Shown: positions 63,381-64,000 of the stretch, piece by piece
How positions within the stretch are numbered: position 1 is the stretch's first letter
Layout: every line of letters begins with the position of its first letter
Source: Penicillus capitatus
Lineage: Eukaryota; Plantae; Chlorophyta
NCBI GenBank assembly: GCA_965649825.1
Contig: OZ287716.1
Coordinates: 17,678 to 81,677 of the forward strand
DNA: 64,000 nucleotides
Direction: 5' to 3'
Made by a program: the position numbers and the translations under genes
Notes under the pieces: generated by a model
Database searches by the model: none
What the model saw: the letters and a program-made list of their open reading frames with translations, nothing else
What the model was told of the DNA's origin: nothing

Positions 63381-64000
63381 TTAAACAGATCTGGCCCCCC
63401 ACACGGGCCAATTCTCGATGGAAACCTACACATCAAACAAAGTATAGAAAAGACAAAGAAGGGAAATTTACTTACACACTGCCCCGACATGAAGAAGAGG
63501 CGTTCGGGGATGGCAGGCGGGCAGATTGGAACGCACTCGCCAGACATAACAAAAGGACGGGAAGGGAATCCGGATGGTTTAACAGGAAAAATAGAAGGAC
63601 GGGGAGGGATGGGAGGTGGTTGATTAAGGCAAAAAAGCGATGTCCGTATGGGGAAGGGAGGCGGACAAGCAGGGAGGGAGAAAAGTAAAGGACGCGAAGG
63701 AATTAGGGGGGGAGGAGATGCAGGAACAGAGAATACTTGAGGCCGCGGTGGAAACGGGGGAGGTTGGATTTGCGGCACAGAGGGTGGGGAAAGGATAGGT
63801 TGTGGTGGCGCAGGAGCTGGGGACCACTCCATCTGTGGCGACTGGGCAGACGGCGCGGCTGGAGGCGCAGGAGCTGGGGACCACTCCATATGTGGCGGCG
63901 GCGGCGTGGCTCCAGGCCATGAGGCTGTCGGCGGCGCGGTCGGCTGGGAGACTGGCGGCGGCGGCGGCGGGGCTCCAGAGCACGAGGCTGGCGGCGGGGC
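63381..64000 (-). CDS. Orphan proline-rich protein, copy 2 (5' part beyond the window end)
   Basis: The peptide aligns with copy 1 (MEWSP, PQPILSPPS, FPPRPQVF, LIPSRPL, NQPPPIP, FMSGQC). The last intron (63426-63475) is at the same position and is followed by VSIENW. Confidence 0.65.

Noticed and set aside
1-64000. Non-standard genetic code (TAA/TAG = Gln, as in some ulvophyte algae)
   Set aside because: Conserved proteins end at TAA or TAG (COG4, citrate synthase), and internal stops fall within predicted introns.

Overview
Gene-dense eukaryotic nuclear DNA from a compact-genome green alga. This is an inference from Whirly, a plant-type RS splicing factor, a GTE-type BET protein, a peroxisomal-type citrate synthase and a candidate flagellar protein. 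Introns are mostly about 35-60 nt and the genetic code is standard. Positions 1-47.1 kb and 53.4-58.7 kb hold about 25 housekeeping or regulatory genes with very short intergenic gaps: DDX11, F-box/LRR, Whirly, PPPDE, EF-hand, SR, MATH-RING, kinesin, TMEM33, patatin, RELCH, GNAT, eIF2B-epsilon, citrate synthase, CAF1, PRP6, GATA, ARID, PRMT3, CDKN3-like phosphatase, FoP, GTE, COG4 and URI1. The most unusual structure is a roughly 4.7-kb module present twice in direct orientation, at 47.4-52.1 kb and at 59.4 kb to the window end. Each copy has a spliced orphan proline-rich gene, an AT-rich tract with conserved palindromes, a conserved block, and two nested GC-rich minisatellite arrays. Other highlights are a USP7-derived MATH-UBL-RING protein with no protease domain, a COG4 stop only 2 nt from the URI1 start (bicistronic candidate), several GC-AG introns, and overlapping convergent coding ends. 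Exon boundaries were placed by hand and protein families were recognised from memory; no database search was run.
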